A stretch of DNA of 18,154 nt from a bacterium. Lineage in GTDB: Bacteria > Hydrothermota > Tepidihabitantia > Tepidihabitantales > Tepidihabitantaceae. The stretch lies in NCBI GenBank assembly GCA_046485285.1, contig JAWOHE010000042.1, positions 1 through 18,154 on the forward strand. The letters are read 5' to 3'. The notes below the pieces were generated by a model. It worked only from the letters and a program-made list of their open reading frames with translations. It was not told the origin of the DNA and searched no databases. This document shows positions 16,967 through 18,154 of this stretch, one piece after another (position 1 is the stretch's first letter; every line of letters begins with the position of its first letter). The position numbers and the translations under genes were made by a program.

Positions 16967-16994
16967 AGCGTAGTTGCCGCAGCCGGCCAGTCAA
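16967..16994 (-). promoter_or_regulatory. sigma70-like promoter of the hypothetical lipoprotein
   Basis: On - strand TTGACT-N16-TACGCT. Confidence 0.55.
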
Positions 16995-17031
16995 CCGGAC
17001 TGCTGCGGCCTGCCGGGTCAAGCACGGTGGG

Positions 17032-17754
17032 TCAGGTGAGTAGTGTCAGCACGTCGAGGGAGGCTGCTGCTGCGAAGTGGAGGAGCCAGCAGGGCAGGAA
17101 GCTCCGCCCCCGAAGGGCGATGACCCCGAGGGCGATGCCGGCGACGGCCGAACCGTAGATTTCCGCCGCGGGTTTGCCGAAGTGCATGATGACGAAGGGC
17201 AGGGTGGAGGTTGCGATGGCGGCGGCCGGACCGGCACGGCGCTCGAAGCCAAAGAGAAGCAGGCCGCGGAAGAGGAATTCCCACGCGAACATGTAGATGA
17301 GTCGCGTGCCGAGCCCGGCTACGAACCAGCCAGTGCCTTCTCGCATCACGGCGAAGGACGGGTAGATTTGTCGGAACGCAGGGCGCGAGGCGGACCATGC
17401 AACCAGCGGCAGGATGACGGCGAAGGCGATGCCGGCATCGACTAGCCAGCGTCGCGGCCGGCCAGTGGCCAGCCCGAAGCTTTGCGGCGACCGGTGGACG
17501 AGCGCGATTGCCCCGAGCGATGCGCCGGTGAGGAGCGCCGCGCCGGCGAGCCGGGCGACGAGCGGCACGAGCCCGGCGGCGATGCCGGGCCCGACCGTCG
17601 GTTCCAGGCGCGCGGCAATGATACGAGCCATGGCGGGGAGATGGTAGCGCTGGACAGTGAGTGCGAGCGCAGCGCTGACCGCATAGACGATGAGGTCACC
17701 GTTGGTGATGACCATCCGGACGACATCCTCCCGGAGTGCTCGCAGGTAGCTCAC
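17032..17754 (-). CDS. CPBP (CAAX/Abi) family intramembrane metalloprotease
   Basis: Multiple TM segments; AWEFLFRG (EExxxR variant), FVIMHFGKP, WLLH. Start GTG 17754 inferred from promoter geometry (240 aa). Confidence 0.85.
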   Translation of the reverse strand: MSYLRALREDVVRMVITNGDLIVYAVSAALALTVQRYHLPAMARIIAARLEPTVGPGIAAGLVPLVARLAGAALLTGASLGAIALVHRSPQSFGLATGRPRRWLVDAGIAFAVILPLVAWSASRPAFRQIYPSFAVMREGTGWFVAGLGTRLIYMFAWEFLFRGLLLFGFERRAGPAAAIATSTLPFVIMHFGKPAAEIYGSAVAGIALGVIALRGRSFLPCWLLHFAAAASLDVLTLLT

Positions 17755-17759
17755 CGGCC

Positions 17760-17787
17760 AGACTAGCCTCCGGCCCGGCACTGTCAA
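17760..17787 (-). promoter_or_regulatory. sigma70-like promoter of the CPBP gene (probably leaderless)
   Basis: On - strand TTGACA-N16-TAGTCT-N5-GTG(17754). Confidence 0.65.
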
Positions 17788-18154
17788 GCCTGTCGACCTT
17801 GACTGAGGGCCGTCCATGGCACATCGTGACCCCTCGGTTGAGCCTTACGCGTGAGGAATGATACTCGCGTGGCCAGCACCTCGTCAAGGTCCAGGACGGG
17901 CAACAGGAGAACACGTCGGTCCACTTCCGGCGCAACCTCGGCTAGTATCTCGCGCGGGCTCTTGTTGTCCCGGTTGCAGTTCTTCCGCTCCCGGTTGTAC
18001 CAGAGCTGATACCCCCGGGCCTTTCGGAAGAAATCGCGCCGGTCCCGAAACCGCTCCACCTCGAAGAACTCAAACTCGATGGTGTTGTGGATTGTCTCGA
18101 CCTCGGCGGTCCAGGTCGTCTTGGCTATCTCGAGCGCCCTGATGCCGGCTCCTG
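17784..18154 (-). mobile_element. 3' portion of a probable IS transposase (integrase-core/DDE type, IS481/ISNCY-like), partial
   Basis: Frame open from the window edge: ...TTWTAEVETIHNTIEFEFFEVERFRDRRDFFRKARGYQLWYNRERKNCNRDNKSPREIL. This matches the ExxxxTxxxE...YNxxR...P pattern of integrase-core C-termini. Confidence 0.65.

Noticed and set aside
17032..17754. Abortive-infection defence system
   Set aside because: The Abi label of CPBP proteases does not imply phage defence, and no defence genes are adjacent.

Overview
A GC-rich bacterial chromosomal window made mostly of housekeeping genes. In order: purL (+, with PurS-like N-terminus), converging on hpf-hprK-PTS EIIA(Man) (-); a - strand run of TPR protein, ABC substrate-binding protein, long (Alu-containing) SRP RNA, dnaX and recR; gyrA (+); hup (HU) and mtnA (+); two tandem lipoprotein cyclophilins, a hypothetical lipoprotein, a CPBP/CAAX-type protease, and the 3' end of a probable IS transposase (all -). 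No CRISPR, phage, defence or other clearly new multi-gene system is visible. The unexplained signals are mostly non-coding: (i) a strand-symmetric 12-bp tandem array at 1-142 that reads VTPG on both strands, followed by an AT-rich block, a purine tract and a REP-like cluster; (ii) sigma70-like promoters that mostly have a 16-bp spacer, several apparently driving leaderless genes; (iii) an SRP RNA with no promoter or terminator of its own; (iv) a uORF overlapping the hup start and a terminator-like hairpin inside the only plausible mtnA 5' coding region.
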